IMG/VR virus record: IMGVR_UViG_3300009175_000013
Coordinates: 10,638-74,637 of that record
Length of the DNA stretch: 64,000 nucleotides
From: a virus
Reading direction: 5' to 3' (one strand)
Made by a program: the position numbers and the translations under genes
The notes under the pieces: model-generated
The model's input: the letters and a program-made list of their open reading frames with translations, nothing else
Databases searched by the model: none
Told to the model about the DNA's origin: nothing
Shown here: positions 26,634-37,483 of the stretch, piece after piece
How the letters are laid out: the number at the start of each line of letters is the position of its first letter
How positions within the stretch are numbered: position 1 is the stretch's first letter

Positions 26634-28780
26634 TCACCTAACCTATTCGTAGGCTGCGTAGCCGATGGTACAGTCTCTAGTTCTACATTTGATACGGGGT
26701 AACCACCTCCAGATTGGGCACCAACTCCCTTCCCACTTACCTCCTTGGGTTTATCAATGGTCGGGAAGAAAGCAAAAATGTTCTTGGCGTGAATGTCGGC
26801 ATTGGTCTTCAGAGCGTTGGCATCTAGGGTGAAGCTGGTCCCGCCGGACTCCAGTCTGATTTCATTGGCCTTCATTTCTATAACGTTACCCTTTAGCTTG
26901 AGAGTCTTACCCGCCACCACCTCAACATCCCCACTGCAGTAAATCTGTACCTTACCATCGGTGCCGTTATGAATGACCACCTTATTCTTACTATCATCCA
27001 TCCAAATTAGCATGTCTTTGCCATCTTTGGCACGCCACACGCCCAGCGAGTTCTTGCGGCTAAACCACATCCCACGCTTATCGTGGTCTATCACCTCCGT
27101 CCATGGGTCATCCTGGGGGGCGTCATGAATTTCTAGGCCGGCAAATTCGCCGCTGGCTGCCTCGCCCAGTTTCTTGCCCTTCGACGCGTCCCCGTGCCCA
27201 GCCCTGGTCTTAAGACGAATCAGTTCGCGTCCGTGGTCGATGATGAGGTGATGGGTTTTGGCGGCGGCTTCCTGGCTGTCGATGGACTTATCTAAAAATT
27301 CATTGTCGTCAAGATATTTCCACTTGGTCGGGACGTCGGGGAGCCGCGAGCAGATCGTGAGCGACTCTTCGTTGTCGTCCATTCCCATGACTTGGCCAAG
27401 CGGTGTGCCCCATGCCGTATGGTTCTTGCTTGGACGCTCGTCGAACTGCCAGAAGTACCCCCTGGGATCACCGCTCTTTTTCGCATAGTCTGCCTTCGCA
27501 CCGGGGGTAGCCCTGCCCTTAATTAGAACACCAATTCCTATTTCCTGATTGAGTCGAGCTGCGGCGGACGAGCTAAATGGGGCTAGATATTTCCCTCCGT
27601 CGTGGCTGCCGCGGTCATCGGCGACTATCTTAATCCCGCTCCGAGTAACGAAACGGAGCATCCGCATGTCGCGGCTGCCATATTGATTCCAGTCTGACTT
27701 AGTCTTGCTATACTGATCCTCCCGATCCAAGTAGGTGTTCTTGGCTTCGTCCAGGAGGAGCCGCGAGACAAACTCATCGTTCTCGGGGTCGAATCCAATA
27801 TCGCACAGCTCAATCAGCATCCCGCCCTTGGTACGCAATTTAACCCATCGCTGATCGTCACCGCTGCCGATGGTCTTTTTCTGGTCAGACCACTCGCCTG
27901 GCCGAGAGCTATTCCAGCCGACGTCGCGCATTTCCAGCTTATTACCATATCTGGAAAGGAACATGATCTTGCGCATATCATAGCTGGTGGGGTGATCTTC
28001 GTGGATGATCTTCTGGAGATCTAGCCAGCGCTTGATTTCGAATTTTTCATCTTTATCGAAGTCGCCGCTGAACTCACCCTTATCCCCATTTAATTTCCAG
28101 TTATACCCGACATCAGACTGGAGAAGAATCATGCCATACTTGGTGGCACGCAGCATCATCTTGGAGTCTGGGTTGTTGGCAATAGGTTTATTGGCGGCTT
28201 GGGAGAATTTACCCTTTGAGAGAGGGTCAGCTTCAGCCGGAGGTGGTGTAATATCATGCTCGGTTGGGAAGAAGCCGGTGGCATCATGCATGTCCAGATT
28301 ACCGTAGCGATCCTGCCACCCATGGCTCATGGGCCTGCCATCTTTAGGGAGATAATCCTTGTTGTAATCTTGAGGCTTATCGGCTATATCACTATTTTGG
28401 CCGACCGGGATCTGAGTCTCGCCGTATAATGATGGTAGGGCGTAGAATTTTCTCCTAGTGGGGGTGGCGAAACCAGTGCAGATCGGCCCATATGGATGAT
28501 TCTTCTCAAATGAGATCCAGACCCAGTCTCCGATACATGGGTAGGAGAACCTTCCGGCCCGCTTTCCGCCAAGATCTGAGGCAGTTACAGCCCACGGGCA
28601 ATCCTCTGGTTTTAGGTCCCAGTCGTGTAGATCTGGGATTTTAAATTTAATGCGGCGGGATTGTAGTGCATCATTGGTCTCTACGACTACAGCTCGATAG
28701 GAGCCAGGGAAGCGAAGGTTAAGCGGCTTGGTCCTAGTCTGGAAGAACGCGTTCCAAGCTGCTTCAAATGAGTCTTGCAT
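26630..28780 (-). CDS. central spike gp5/VgrG-like protein
   Basis: OB-fold YRAVVVETNDA...RIKFKIP...PWA...PCIGDWVWISFE; beta-repeat C-terminus. Confidence 0.85.
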   Translation of the reverse strand: MQDSFEAAWNAFFQTRTKPLNLRFPGSYRAVVVETNDALQSRRIKFKIPDLHDWDLKPEDCPWAVTASDLGGKRAGRFSYPCIGDWVWISFEKNHPYGPICTGFATPTRRKFYALPSLYGETQIPVGQNSDIADKPQDYNKDYLPKDGRPMSHGWQDRYGNLDMHDATGFFPTEHDITPPPAEADPLSKGKFSQAANKPIANNPDSKMMLRATKYGMILLQSDVGYNWKLNGDKGEFSGDFDKDEKFEIKRWLDLQKIIHEDHPTSYDMRKIMFLSRYGNKLEMRDVGWNSSRPGEWSDQKKTIGSGDDQRWVKLRTKGGMLIELCDIGFDPENDEFVSRLLLDEAKNTYLDREDQYSKTKSDWNQYGSRDMRMLRFVTRSGIKIVADDRGSHDGGKYLAPFSSSAAARLNQEIGIGVLIKGRATPGAKADYAKKSGDPRGYFWQFDERPSKNHTAWGTPLGQVMGMDDNEESLTICSRLPDVPTKWKYLDDNEFLDKSIDSQEAAAKTHHLIIDHGRELIRLKTRAGHGDASKGKKLGEAASGEFAGLEIHDAPQDDPWTEVIDHDKRGMWFSRKNSLGVWRAKDGKDMLIWMDDSKNKVVIHNGTDGKVQIYCSGDVEVVAGKTLKLKGNVIEMKANEIRLESGGTSFTLDANALKTNADIHAKNIFAFFPTIDKPKEVSGKGVGAQSGGGYPVSNVELETVPSATQPTNRLGE

Positions 28781-28781
28781 A

Positions 28782-29099
28782 TTATTGTCCAGACTGGCTG
28801 GCGTCCATGGATAGAACCGATGCTCGGTCTGGGATTGCGACCTGGTCTCCAGCCCTGGGCCAGTTAATATCTGTGATTTTATTATAATACATAATGACCC
28901 ACCAGAGGTCAGTCGAACCTAAGTACCGCATGGCTATTAAATCACACCTGCCAACCAGGTCTGAAGTCGCAATAACATATTGCCCAGGCTGATCATTAAC
29001 CCAATTAAACCCCGGCCATACTCCAATGGTATCATGGCCTTTGTGGCTAATGGCTGCGGTGTAGCGGTATCGCGAATTTATCGGCAGAGACACTGGCAT
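28782..29099 (-). CDS. baseplate wedge gp53/LysM-like protein
   Basis: GRCDLIAMRYLGSTDLWWVIMYYN...GDQVAIP. Confidence 0.85.
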   Translation of the reverse strand: MPVSLPINSRYRYTAAISHKGHDTIGVWPGFNWVNDQPGQYVIATSDLVGRCDLIAMRYLGSTDLWWVIMYYNKITDINWPRAGDQVAIPDRASVLSMDASQSGQ

Positions 29100-29100
29100 A

Positions 29101-29769
29101 TTAATACCACTCCGGATTTCCTACCAATTCATTGGCTGACTTGAGCCATTCCATATTTAGCATCGCCTTTTTGTTTTTGTCTTCCGCTTTGGACCACAAT
29201 TTCAGCTTCATAGAGAGGTCTGTCCGCAACGGGAATATGGTTCCAGCATCGTTTATGAGAACATCGCCATACTTTACGTCAACCCCATCGGATCTAAAGC
29301 TGAACGATGATATACCAGCATGTGGCGACCCAACGACGTCATATGCCCTGAACTGCACTGCCATGCTATTCTGAGTCAACTCAGAGAACATGGACATGTA
29401 GAAGAAACCCCTGATCTTTTTCACTATACTAGCAATGCTCTCCGCAGTCCATGACTGATCCCCACGGCCAATGCTGCTGCCAGTTACAATGTAGTGCCAC
29501 TCTATGTGTATTTCTCTTGCTTTTGACCCCTTAAAGACAACCAGTGGCTCGATGTTTCTAAGGTTGGTCTCCTCCCACTCTATTTGTTTATTGTCGGATT
29601 TAACAATCAGTGGGAACTGAAACGGCACCCACCCGCCAGAGCCAGGCAGCCCAACGTCAGCTCCACGCTTAACCACATTGCCTTTCTTATCAGTGGCGTC
29701 GCCATGTAGCAGCATCATGTAGCAGCCTCTACTTAGTGTTGTATCTATTGGCGCAAAGCTAAAAGACAT
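29101..29769 (-). CDS. tube-initiator/baseplate protein
   Basis: FQFP...WEE...RNIEPL..FKGS.AREI; lies between tape measure and gp53. Confidence 0.6.
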   Translation of the reverse strand: MSFSFAPIDTTLSRGCYMMLLHGDATDKKGNVVKRGADVGLPGSGGWVPFQFPLIVKSDNKQIEWEETNLRNIEPLVVFKGSKAREIHIEWHYIVTGSSIGRGDQSWTAESIASIVKKIRGFFYMSMFSELTQNSMAVQFRAYDVVGSPHAGISSFSFRSDGVDVKYGDVLINDAGTIFPLRTDLSMKLKLWSKAEDKNKKAMLNMEWLKSANELVGNPEWY

Positions 29770-29772
29770 ACC

Positions 29773-32700
29773 CTACCCCTGGTTAGAATTCCATTGGTTC
29801 AATGAACTACCAAATCCCCGACTGCCACCATCGGCGATCTCTGGCAGCCAAGTGGAAACCACCCCCTTAATTTCATCTAGCTTCTCCACAACCTGCGTCT
29901 GGCTTAGTTTGCTGTCAATCGAGGCGACCAGTTTGGTAATCCCATCTTTAATAGCATTGAGGGTTTCAGTCTGTTTGTCCTGGCGATCAACATCACGCTT
30001 CCTGTCTTCCACATCTGTCTTCACCGAGACGATGGCCGCAGTCCGGATCATCTCGTCCATGCCAGTAAGTTTCAAGAGGGCCATACTCCCAGCAACCATG
30101 AGTAGCGACTTGGAGATTCGAACAGCTGCTCTTTCCACGAAGAAGGCATAGATATTTAATCCAACAGCCATTGAGGCCAACATAACTGCAAGATTGCGAG
30201 CGAATGAGAGCATAGCATCACCGCCAGCCATGCCCTGTGCCACTTTGCCTACTCTCTCCAAGAAACCAACAATCTTCTCCAAAGACGTCGAGAATAACGC
30301 AAAGAAGAATAGGGCCGGGGCAAATGCCAGTAAACCGCGAGAAATCGCCAGCGCGGCAATAACAAATTGGAAATACTTCGCACCAACTAAAATGTCAATG
30401 CCCTCTCTTAGTGGCTTCATTAGCTTGGTGAATTCCATTAGCCCTGATACATCCAGTTTGGACGCTAGCCACAGCAAAAGCAGCCCAGCAGTAAGCGGGA
30501 TGGCCGCCATTGCCAGCCCATATGCGCCTATTAGTAGAGCCGGGGCAGCCGCAGCCAGCATATACCCAAATACAAATAATTGACCACCGAGTTTGATTAA
30601 ATTTAACCCGGCCAGTGTTGCCATGGCCTGGGCAAAAACCCATACGGCAGCCGCCATGATCAGCATACCGTACGCCAGAATCACAATCGCCGCCGCGACC
30701 AGCAACATAATTGGGACTGCTGGTGGGAAAAATGATAATGCAATTGCTAGGCCAACAAGTACGGCACCGAGATAGGCGACCGCAATCGCGAACAGGATTA
30801 TTGTAACTGGATTCACACCCTGCACAATTCTCATAGCTATAGCCATTGGTATCATGGCAAGGCCAAGGATGCCCACGGCCAGGGCGGCTTTAATTATATC
30901 TCCCTCGGCACTCGCCACAATCTTAGACATCAGCCACATAGCACTAGCAAATCCAATCAGGCTAGTCCCAATCATACCCAATTGTGGCAAGGTCATGTCA
31001 ACTACGGCCTGATGGAATACCCACAAAGCCCCACCCAAAATGGCGAGGGCGACCGTCGCCTGGATTAGTCCATCCCAATTAATGCCGGCAATCTCATTGA
31101 CAAAATTCTTGATTCCAGTGCCAATGCCCTTTAGTCCGCTCGTAAGGCCACTGCCCTTGGTAACAGCCTCGGTCGCGCCCTTAACCGCATCCTTAATGCC
31201 GAAGAGGGTCTGCCAGGCCACTTTGATAGATGCTACGAACTTCAATGCCCACGCCAACGCAACAAAGGCACTTCCCAACGCCACAATCCATATGATTGTC
31301 TCTTTTATTACCGGGTGGGCCTTCATCTGTTGGGTGAACCATTGTAAGCCATGGGCAATCGCAATTGCCAATGGTTGAATCAGCTCCACGAATGCATTCT
31401 TTAGAGAATCGGTAGCAGAACTTAAGGCATAGGACGCGTCTTCCTGCATCCGCAGGTTCTCTTGTACATTCTCAAAATCTTTAGCCGCGTCCTTCATCGC
31501 CTCATCGCCATTGCGAATGCCCTCAGCTATCCGGTCCCAATCTGCGCCATACTTCTTCTTGCCCCATTCCTCCATCTTATCGTTTACTTTGTCCATCTGC
31601 GTTAGCATCGTGAACGATACACCATAAATCTCCTTGGCCAGCTTATTTTTCAAGAAGGTGGGCAAATCCTTTAATGTCTCCACTGCCTGCTTGGCGTTTC
31701 CAGCCATAACCATGAACTGGGCGCTGGGCTTATCAAGCGAAACGGCCCCACCCAGTAACACGGCATATTTAAGGGCATCATTGGCAAGAGTATCAAAAAC
31801 CTCGGCAATCTCGGACATTTCCATGCCAGCAGCCTTAGCCGCACCAGCCACCATGCCCATATGCAGAGTCGCCATCTGCACGCCTTTAGCTCCACCACCC
31901 CATGCCTCTGCGTATATCCCTATGTCTTTACTGAGCATCTTCATTAATGTGTCGACATCACGCCCAGTTAAACCAAACTGGGCCATAGACATTCTCAGGC
32001 TATTAAAAGACTTCTGTGTTTGCCCAGATGTTGCCCCCATAACCTCCATCCTCTTGGCAAACATGGCGGCGGTTTCATTACTAACCCCGGTGGCTGAGGC
32101 GAATGTCCCAACCGCTTCCGTCAATACTTGGAAATTCTTTCCAGATATCCCAACGTCGGCTAAAGCCTTGGCCGCTGCTGTAGCTTCTTTTTGCAGCATT
32201 CTGGTGTTAGCCTGAGCGTTGCGAACGGCAGTTGATATCTGGTAGATACTCCCATATAGTTCATAGTTTTGCATCCGCCATTCAGAGGCCTGCGCAACCG
32301 CCTCCGACAGATGCTTCGACCAGAAGTTAATTACCCCGCCAACAGTAGCTAGTTTGAGGGCTGAATCATAGATTTTATCAAGGCCTACCTCTTTGAGCGT
32401 TGCCGCCCATTTACTAGAGGCCTTGTCGACGTCCTTGATCTTCCCGCCAATTGAATCCAACTCGATAAGCATTCTCCCACAGTCATCGAGCTGGGTAGTT
32501 AGCATGCTATCTTTCGCTGTCTTATGCAATTCGATTAATGCATCCCTCTGCCCAAGCAGTTGATCGTATATCTCCTTCTGCTTCTCAGCATTATCTTTAT
32601 GGATATTCTGCTGAACCCTTAGCTCAGCCACTTGCTTCTTGAATTGCTGGAGGGTATTTTCAGTATCCGCAGCCTGTGTGTGCAGGCTCTTGGAAATATC

Positions 32701-32811
32701 CTTCCCGATTTTGGATATGTCGCCCATGGCGGAGCAGGCCATTTTCAGGCCCTTGACCAGCTCCTCATCCTCGAGCATCAGGATGAGTTTTAGTTCTTCA
32801 AAACCTTCCAT
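29773..32811 (-). CDS. tape measure protein
   Basis: about 1010 aa, Ala-rich helical, hydrophobic C-terminal repeats; ATG overlaps the upstream stop. Confidence 0.85.
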   Translation of the reverse strand: MEGFEELKLILMLEDEELVKGLKMACSAMGDISKIGKDISKSLHTQAADTENTLQQFKKQVAELRVQQNIHKDNAEKQKEIYDQLLGQRDALIELHKTAKDSMLTTQLDDCGRMLIELDSIGGKIKDVDKASSKWAATLKEVGLDKIYDSALKLATVGGVINFWSKHLSEAVAQASEWRMQNYELYGSIYQISTAVRNAQANTRMLQKEATAAAKALADVGISGKNFQVLTEAVGTFASATGVSNETAAMFAKRMEVMGATSGQTQKSFNSLRMSMAQFGLTGRDVDTLMKMLSKDIGIYAEAWGGGAKGVQMATLHMGMVAGAAKAAGMEMSEIAEVFDTLANDALKYAVLLGGAVSLDKPSAQFMVMAGNAKQAVETLKDLPTFLKNKLAKEIYGVSFTMLTQMDKVNDKMEEWGKKKYGADWDRIAEGIRNGDEAMKDAAKDFENVQENLRMQEDASYALSSATDSLKNAFVELIQPLAIAIAHGLQWFTQQMKAHPVIKETIIWIVALGSAFVALAWALKFVASIKVAWQTLFGIKDAVKGATEAVTKGSGLTSGLKGIGTGIKNFVNEIAGINWDGLIQATVALAILGGALWVFHQAVVDMTLPQLGMIGTSLIGFASAMWLMSKIVASAEGDIIKAALAVGILGLAMIPMAIAMRIVQGVNPVTIILFAIAVAYLGAVLVGLAIALSFFPPAVPIMLLVAAAIVILAYGMLIMAAAVWVFAQAMATLAGLNLIKLGGQLFVFGYMLAAAAPALLIGAYGLAMAAIPLTAGLLLLWLASKLDVSGLMEFTKLMKPLREGIDILVGAKYFQFVIAALAISRGLLAFAPALFFFALFSTSLEKIVGFLERVGKVAQGMAGGDAMLSFARNLAVMLASMAVGLNIYAFFVERAAVRISKSLLMVAGSMALLKLTGMDEMIRTAAIVSVKTDVEDRKRDVDRQDKQTETLNAIKDGITKLVASIDSKLSQTQVVEKLDEIKGVVSTWLPEIADGGSRGFGSSLNQWNSNQG

Positions 32812-34148
32812 TATCCAGGTCCAGGAATAGACGCCGCATTGTAGTCTAGGCGGCTCAGATATACATCTGTCTCCCAGCCGCGAGCTTCTGTCAGGCGATG
32901 GTGCCAACCGTATAGAAGCCAATCACCATCGATAAATCTAGGCTTTACCCCAGCTTGATCCTCCGGGGGCTTAAGCCAACTTAATTTAACTTTGGTTCTA
33001 CCCAGTTCAGTCGAATCGAACAGCCTTGGCTGACCCCTAGCCGTCACCCGCATCCTCATGACCATGTTGATCATTTCTAGATATTTCTGGCGGGCACGGC
33101 CATCTATATATTTACTATATTTAGCCCCTATCTCGCCCGCACTATAGATTTCTGGGATTGACGGTATGTGTGTAAATCCGCGATCATCCTTCTTGGGCTT
33201 AGCAAAGCTTTGGTCACCCTTCAGGCTTGGATTAACTTTATTTTGAGTATTCTCATCCTTAACAAAGATTACACTTTCATCTTTATCTGTTACCTTATCC
33301 CAGTATTCACCGGAAATGGCAGACATACCAGAAGTAAGAAGCTTCAGTTCAACGGCTGATAAGAAATTGTTGGTTAGTAATTCCCACTTCTTAACTGACG
33401 CGACAGGAGCGCTATCAATACCACCATACGCTAAGATATATGGCCCATCGTCACCCTCGATATTAGCTGGATATTTAAGATCTGGAGTATATGACTCCTT
33501 AATCTCAATACCCAATGTGGTATCTTCTTGGCCATTGGCAACCACCCAGGAAGTCTTATGCTTTGTGAATGCACTCGACCAATCTATTAGTGATGCGATG
33601 AAAGTACGCGGGTCCTGCCTCATCATCCAATAGATATTGGGCTGATCGTCGGTCTCACCAATGTCGAATTTAACGTTATAGCTGCCTATCGTTGACGGCA
33701 CATACTCCTTTAGAACCTGGCTAATCACACCAGAATCGCCGCCGAGCTTCCCACGATACGCCTTCCCGGACGCCTTCCCAGAGTTCACATAATAAGAAAT
33801 CGGATCCATGGCAATGAATTCGAAAACACCCTTGAAAGCTTCCTTTCCGACGGCTCTAATATCCGATATCAGCGCAACCCTCTGCTTACTCTTCACCCCA
33901 CCCTGCCACTCAAGTTGAAACACCATTAGGGCCGGCTTGTCGTATTGGCGGCCAGTGATCAAATAATCGCTACCCTGCTCCTCAATTATTTGGTCCAAAG
34001 TCTGAAAGAATGGGTCCTGAACACAGCACCGCACGACATACCCGCCATTGACCATGCTCTTCCACTCAAAAGTGGACACAAAAGCAGTGACGTCAATGCC
34101 ATTAATCTTGCAATTGGCGATCCAGGATACGCCAGATGGGCTGGGCAT
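32811..34148 (-). CDS. baseplate hub protein (gp27-like)
   Basis: position; beta-rich ends; GDWLLYGWHH...WETDVYLSR C-terminus. Confidence 0.65.
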   Translation of the reverse strand: MPSPSGVSWIANCKINGIDVTAFVSTFEWKSMVNGGYVVRCCVQDPFFQTLDQIIEEQGSDYLITGRQYDKPALMVFQLEWQGGVKSKQRVALISDIRAVGKEAFKGVFEFIAMDPISYYVNSGKASGKAYRGKLGGDSGVISQVLKEYVPSTIGSYNVKFDIGETDDQPNIYWMMRQDPRTFIASLIDWSSAFTKHKTSWVVANGQEDTTLGIEIKESYTPDLKYPANIEGDDGPYILAYGGIDSAPVASVKKWELLTNNFLSAVELKLLTSGMSAISGEYWDKVTDKDESVIFVKDENTQNKVNPSLKGDQSFAKPKKDDRGFTHIPSIPEIYSAGEIGAKYSKYIDGRARQKYLEMINMVMRMRVTARGQPRLFDSTELGRTKVKLSWLKPPEDQAGVKPRFIDGDWLLYGWHHRLTEARGWETDVYLSRLDYNAASIPGPG

Positions 34149-34199
34149 AAATACCTCAAAGTATATTTTACACCCCATACCCTCCGTGTATATACAGGT

Positions 34200-34514
34200 A
34201 TGAAACTGGCCTGGATAAAGTATGCTCCACCCGGCACCAAGCCAAAGTACATGCTGGTGCTCACCCTGGGCACCAAAGACGATAAATTTTACTGCCTCGA
34301 CGCCAACATGCCAGAAAAAGCCCGCGAATTCTTCAAATCCAAATCAACCTACCTAAGCGGCCTAACCCTGGAAGAACGAATCCAAATAATTAGGGATCAA
34401 CGCCCCGAAGCCATGGCTGGGTATAAGACCATCCACGCCAGCAACGTAACCATTGAACGAGAGTATGAGGTCAATGCTTCTTCTTCACGGCCAGCAAAAT
34501 CTGGATCATCTTGA
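34200..34514 (+). CDS. hypothetical protein
   Basis: 104-aa ORF filling the gap between minus-strand genes. Confidence 0.6.
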   Translation: MKLAWIKYAPPGTKPKYMLVLTLGTKDDKFYCLDANMPEKAREFFKSKSTYLSGLTLEERIQIIRDQRPEAMAGYKTIHASNVTIEREYEVNASSSRPAKSGSS

Positions 34515-35282
34515 TAGATCTATGCATTTTTCAAAATTGCGACGCTTCCTATGGAGCCACACTGTTGCGTCATCATAAAGATATTGGTATGCCTTTTTGC
34601 ACCCACTCCCCGCTTTATCCCATCTCCATACACCACGCTGCCAATGGATAGAAGCATCAAGCCCAATTAGGCCGCGAACCGTCTCAACCGGCCCGCGAAA
34701 TGGATTGCAGAATCCAATCGTTAAATATCCATTGGCTGGTATTGAGGCCCATCCATCACCATCAAACAACCCACGAATAAAATGCCTAGTAAGATTGGCA
34801 TCAACAGTCGGCCAGACACCTTCCTTTTTATAGGTTACTATCCCATTATTGATTAGACCCCCAACCAACTCGGCTGAATTAATATTTAGTCTGGACGAGC
34901 ACGTGCTACTATCGCGCCTAATTGGGTGGTTTGACCCCACAGACACCCTAAAAGACCTAAGATGCTGTTCATCTTTTCTTGCTAATTTTATTACAAGTCT
35001 TTTGTCAACATGCCCATTCTTGCGCTCAGCATGTTGTACATATCCATCAGATGCAATAAAACCAAACCAATAAGCTTTATGCTCTGTGTCTATTGCATCA
35101 AAGAAATGCCTATCTATAGCATATGTTGAGCACTGCTCGCTAAGCGCTCTATGGCCGCCATTGGCGTTTATTAATTTAAGTACATTATAATAAGAGATGT
35201 CACATTGTAATGATATGGCCCTGGATGACATTCCAGATCTATGCAACTTAATTATATAATCATTTGTAATGAGGTGTTTCAT
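34506..35282 (-). CDS. LAGLIDADG homing endonuclease
   Basis: AYWFGFIASDGYV and HFIRGLFDGDG; AT-rich. Confidence 0.9.
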   Translation of the reverse strand: MKHLITNDYIIKLHRSGMSSRAISLQCDISYYNVLKLINANGGHRALSEQCSTYAIDRHFFDAIDTEHKAYWFGFIASDGYVQHAERKNGHVDKRLVIKLARKDEQHLRSFRVSVGSNHPIRRDSSTCSSRLNINSAELVGGLINNGIVTYKKEGVWPTVDANLTRHFIRGLFDGDGWASIPANGYLTIGFCNPFRGPVETVRGLIGLDASIHWQRGVWRWDKAGSGCKKAYQYLYDDATVWLHRKRRNFEKCIDLSR

Positions 35283-35283
35283 G

Positions 35284-36306
35284 CTATATTTTTGATTTCG
35301 AATTAATTATAATTTTACAGATAACCCCAAGGTCCAACGGTCTCACCGAATTTTCAAACATCGTACGTATTTCCTTCCGATCCATATGAACATGTTCATA
35401 TAGCTCATTAAAGTCCTTCGTCACCCCACCGTCATATTCAAGCTTCGGCGGCACCGCATAATAGACCTTGAAATAGGGCGACAGCAGCTTATAGTTCGCC
35501 ACCAAACTCACCAATCCTGGATCATCATTGTCCGGGGCTAAAATTACTCCATTGGCTGGGTTCAACGCCCGCAACTTCTTGACCTGCCTCTCCACTATCG
35601 AAGCCCCACCCGTAGCCACCGCCTGATCGCCCAGAGTCATGCTGCCAAAGATAGCCTCCGTCACAATCACATAATCACCCGGCTCCACCATATCAAAACC
35701 ATACAGAAACATTCCCTTGCTCACCCCCACACTCTCGGGCGGAAAGCGGAAAGACTTGTTGAGACGATCTCTCTCCTGCCAATACACCAAAGAGCCATAC
35801 TCAAAATAGGGCCAGACCACGTACATCGAGTGGTAAGACAGCTTATGCCGCTCCACCATTTCTAGCGTCACCCCTCTGGTCTGTAGCCACCCCAGCAGCC
35901 CTTTGGCGCACCCGTCCTGCTGATTCTCAAACAATAGCTTAGAGCCGGTAGGCAAAGCGACGCTGGTCTGGGCTTCCTCTTCTTTCTCCTCCTGCTCCTG
36001 CCGCCGGAGTTTACGATAGATAGAAGAGAGGCTTGTGTCTTGCCCACAGACCTCACGAGCCGCCTCCACGTAGGAGCAATTTCGATAGAGCTGCACAAAC
36101 CGCAGGAAAGTGCAGCCCTTCCCACCAGCCCAGGTATCACCACGCCAATCGTGAAGCACTGCTTTTGAACAGCTTATTTCCAGCTTTTTACTATCGTTCT
36201 CATACCACGGATTGGCTATGAGCAATTCGTCGCCACCTTTCCGTGACTTATAATCGAAATTCTTGGTCACCCAAGCATAGATCTGTTCGGGAGTGGGTTT
36301 ATGCAT
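35284..36306 (-). CDS. DNA primase (TOPRIM)
   Basis: WLQTRGV, FLYGFD, VIVTEAIF, ILAPDNDDPG, KDFNE. Confidence 0.85.
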   Translation of the reverse strand: MHKPTPEQIYAWVTKNFDYKSRKGGDELLIANPWYENDSKKLEISCSKAVLHDWRGDTWAGGKGCTFLRFVQLYRNCSYVEAAREVCGQDTSLSSIYRKLRRQEQEEKEEEAQTSVALPTGSKLLFENQQDGCAKGLLGWLQTRGVTLEMVERHKLSYHSMYVVWPYFEYGSLVYWQERDRLNKSFRFPPESVGVSKGMFLYGFDMVEPGDYVIVTEAIFGSMTLGDQAVATGGASIVERQVKKLRALNPANGVILAPDNDDPGLVSLVANYKLLSPYFKVYYAVPPKLEYDGGVTKDFNELYEHVHMDRKEIRTMFENSVRPLDLGVICKIIINSKSKI

Positions 36307-37024
36307 CTACAACCTGCTTGTGCGGGCAAGTACCCCCATTTATGCTTCTACCAACGTTACAATTAAAACACAATACTTGGAATCCAGCTGGGTATTTGTG
36401 TCGCTTCAGCCAACAATACATTGTACTACCACCACGCCTTTTGCCTAATAAACGACGGTGCTCAGCCCCATTGTTATGAATATGGTCAATAGTAAGAAAT
36501 TGTAGAATAATCTCACCGCAGCAATTGCACCGAGACCCACCATACGCCGCAAACGCTGCAATTTTGCGGCGAAGGTCACGCGACTTAGTTGCCTTATTGT
36601 TATTCAGGGCACAGAGTGGGCAGCATTTTTTGCCTGGCTCGGCCTTGGTGCTCCCGCATTTAACACACATTCCATTTGCAAATCTAGATTTATATTGATT
36701 TTGCGCCCACTTTACCTTACTTTTCTTGCATTGCCTACATTCGACCCCTTCGCTACCTTTCTCGCGTGGCCTTCCACAGTTCATGCACAGGCCAGATGCC
36801 ACCTTCTTAACACGCCTTTTGCGTGCTGACTCATTGTGCTTATCTTTACACAACACACACAACCGCCCCGAGTCAGCAGGATTGCGTCCGCAAAAACTAC
36901 ATAGTTTATTCTGTATTCTCAATAGCCGCCTATTTCGCAATGTCTCGTTGTGTCTATCTGCGCACTCGATACACTGCCTAAGCCCGTCACGGGCTTCATT
37001 CTTACGACAACACACACATTTCAT
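36299..37024 (-). CDS. HNH endonuclease with four N-terminal CxxC-CxxC modules
   Basis: CNCCGE...LTIDHIHNNGAEHR...QVLCFNCN. Confidence 0.85.
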   Translation of the reverse strand: MKCVCCRKNEARDGLRQCIECADRHNETLRNRRLLRIQNKLCSFCGRNPADSGRLCVLCKDKHNESARKRRVKKVASGLCMNCGRPREKGSEGVECRQCKKSKVKWAQNQYKSRFANGMCVKCGSTKAEPGKKCCPLCALNNNKATKSRDLRRKIAAFAAYGGSRCNCCGEIILQFLTIDHIHNNGAEHRRLLGKRRGGSTMYCWLKRHKYPAGFQVLCFNCNVGRSINGGTCPHKQVVDA

Positions 37025-37026
37025 AT

Positions 37027-37066
37027 CATCACTCCAAATATATTAAGATATTTGACTGGAGTGGTG
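37027..37066 (-). promoter_or_regulatory. hairpin occluding the RBS of the HNH gene
   Basis: catcactcca...tggagtggtg inverted repeat covers the GGAG SD. Confidence 0.55.
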
Positions 37067-37096
37067 ACGCTGATCGGCCATGTTTTTAGAATACGG

Positions 37097-37480
37097 CTAA
37101 ACGATGCGGTTCTTCAGAATTCCGCCGCGATTAATGGCATTGAGTACCGCCGTCTCCGAGGTGTGAGTGGTCCTCTTGACTGCCACAACTGTTGGCCCAT
37201 TATAATAATACGCCACCACATCATAGTTCATGGGAGCATTGTCCAGAGATGTGCCGGTGTAGATGAAAGCATAATACTCATCTGGGTTCAGCCCGAGCTT
37301 CCAAAGCATCTCCTGAATAGTCAGCGAAGTGAAATTCGCACGCGCAAATAGCTCTCGCTGCAACTTCAAATAGAGGCGCTCAGTGGCAGTGGCTTCAGAT
37401 CCACAGACACATTCAAGCGTCTCCGTCCCCTGCTGAACGGTGATCAACTCCAACCACTGATTTTGCGCAACTGTAATCAT
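37097..37480 (-). CDS. hypothetical protein
   Basis: 127-aa ORF within the operon. Confidence 0.65.
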   Translation of the reverse strand: MITVAQNQWLELITVQQGTETLECVCGSEATATERLYLKLQRELFARANFTSLTIQEMLWKLGLNPDEYYAFIYTGTSLDNAPMNYDVVAYYYNGPTVVAVKRTTHTSETAVLNAINRGGILKNRIV

Positions 37481-37483
37481 CCA

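Noticed and set aside
29773-32922. Extended 5' starts from the ORF track (tape measure 32922, TerL 14651, purB 51906, SSB 61275)
   Set aside because: They overlap neighbouring genes; downstream ATGs with an SD, a stop-start overlap or an adjacent promoter motif fit better.
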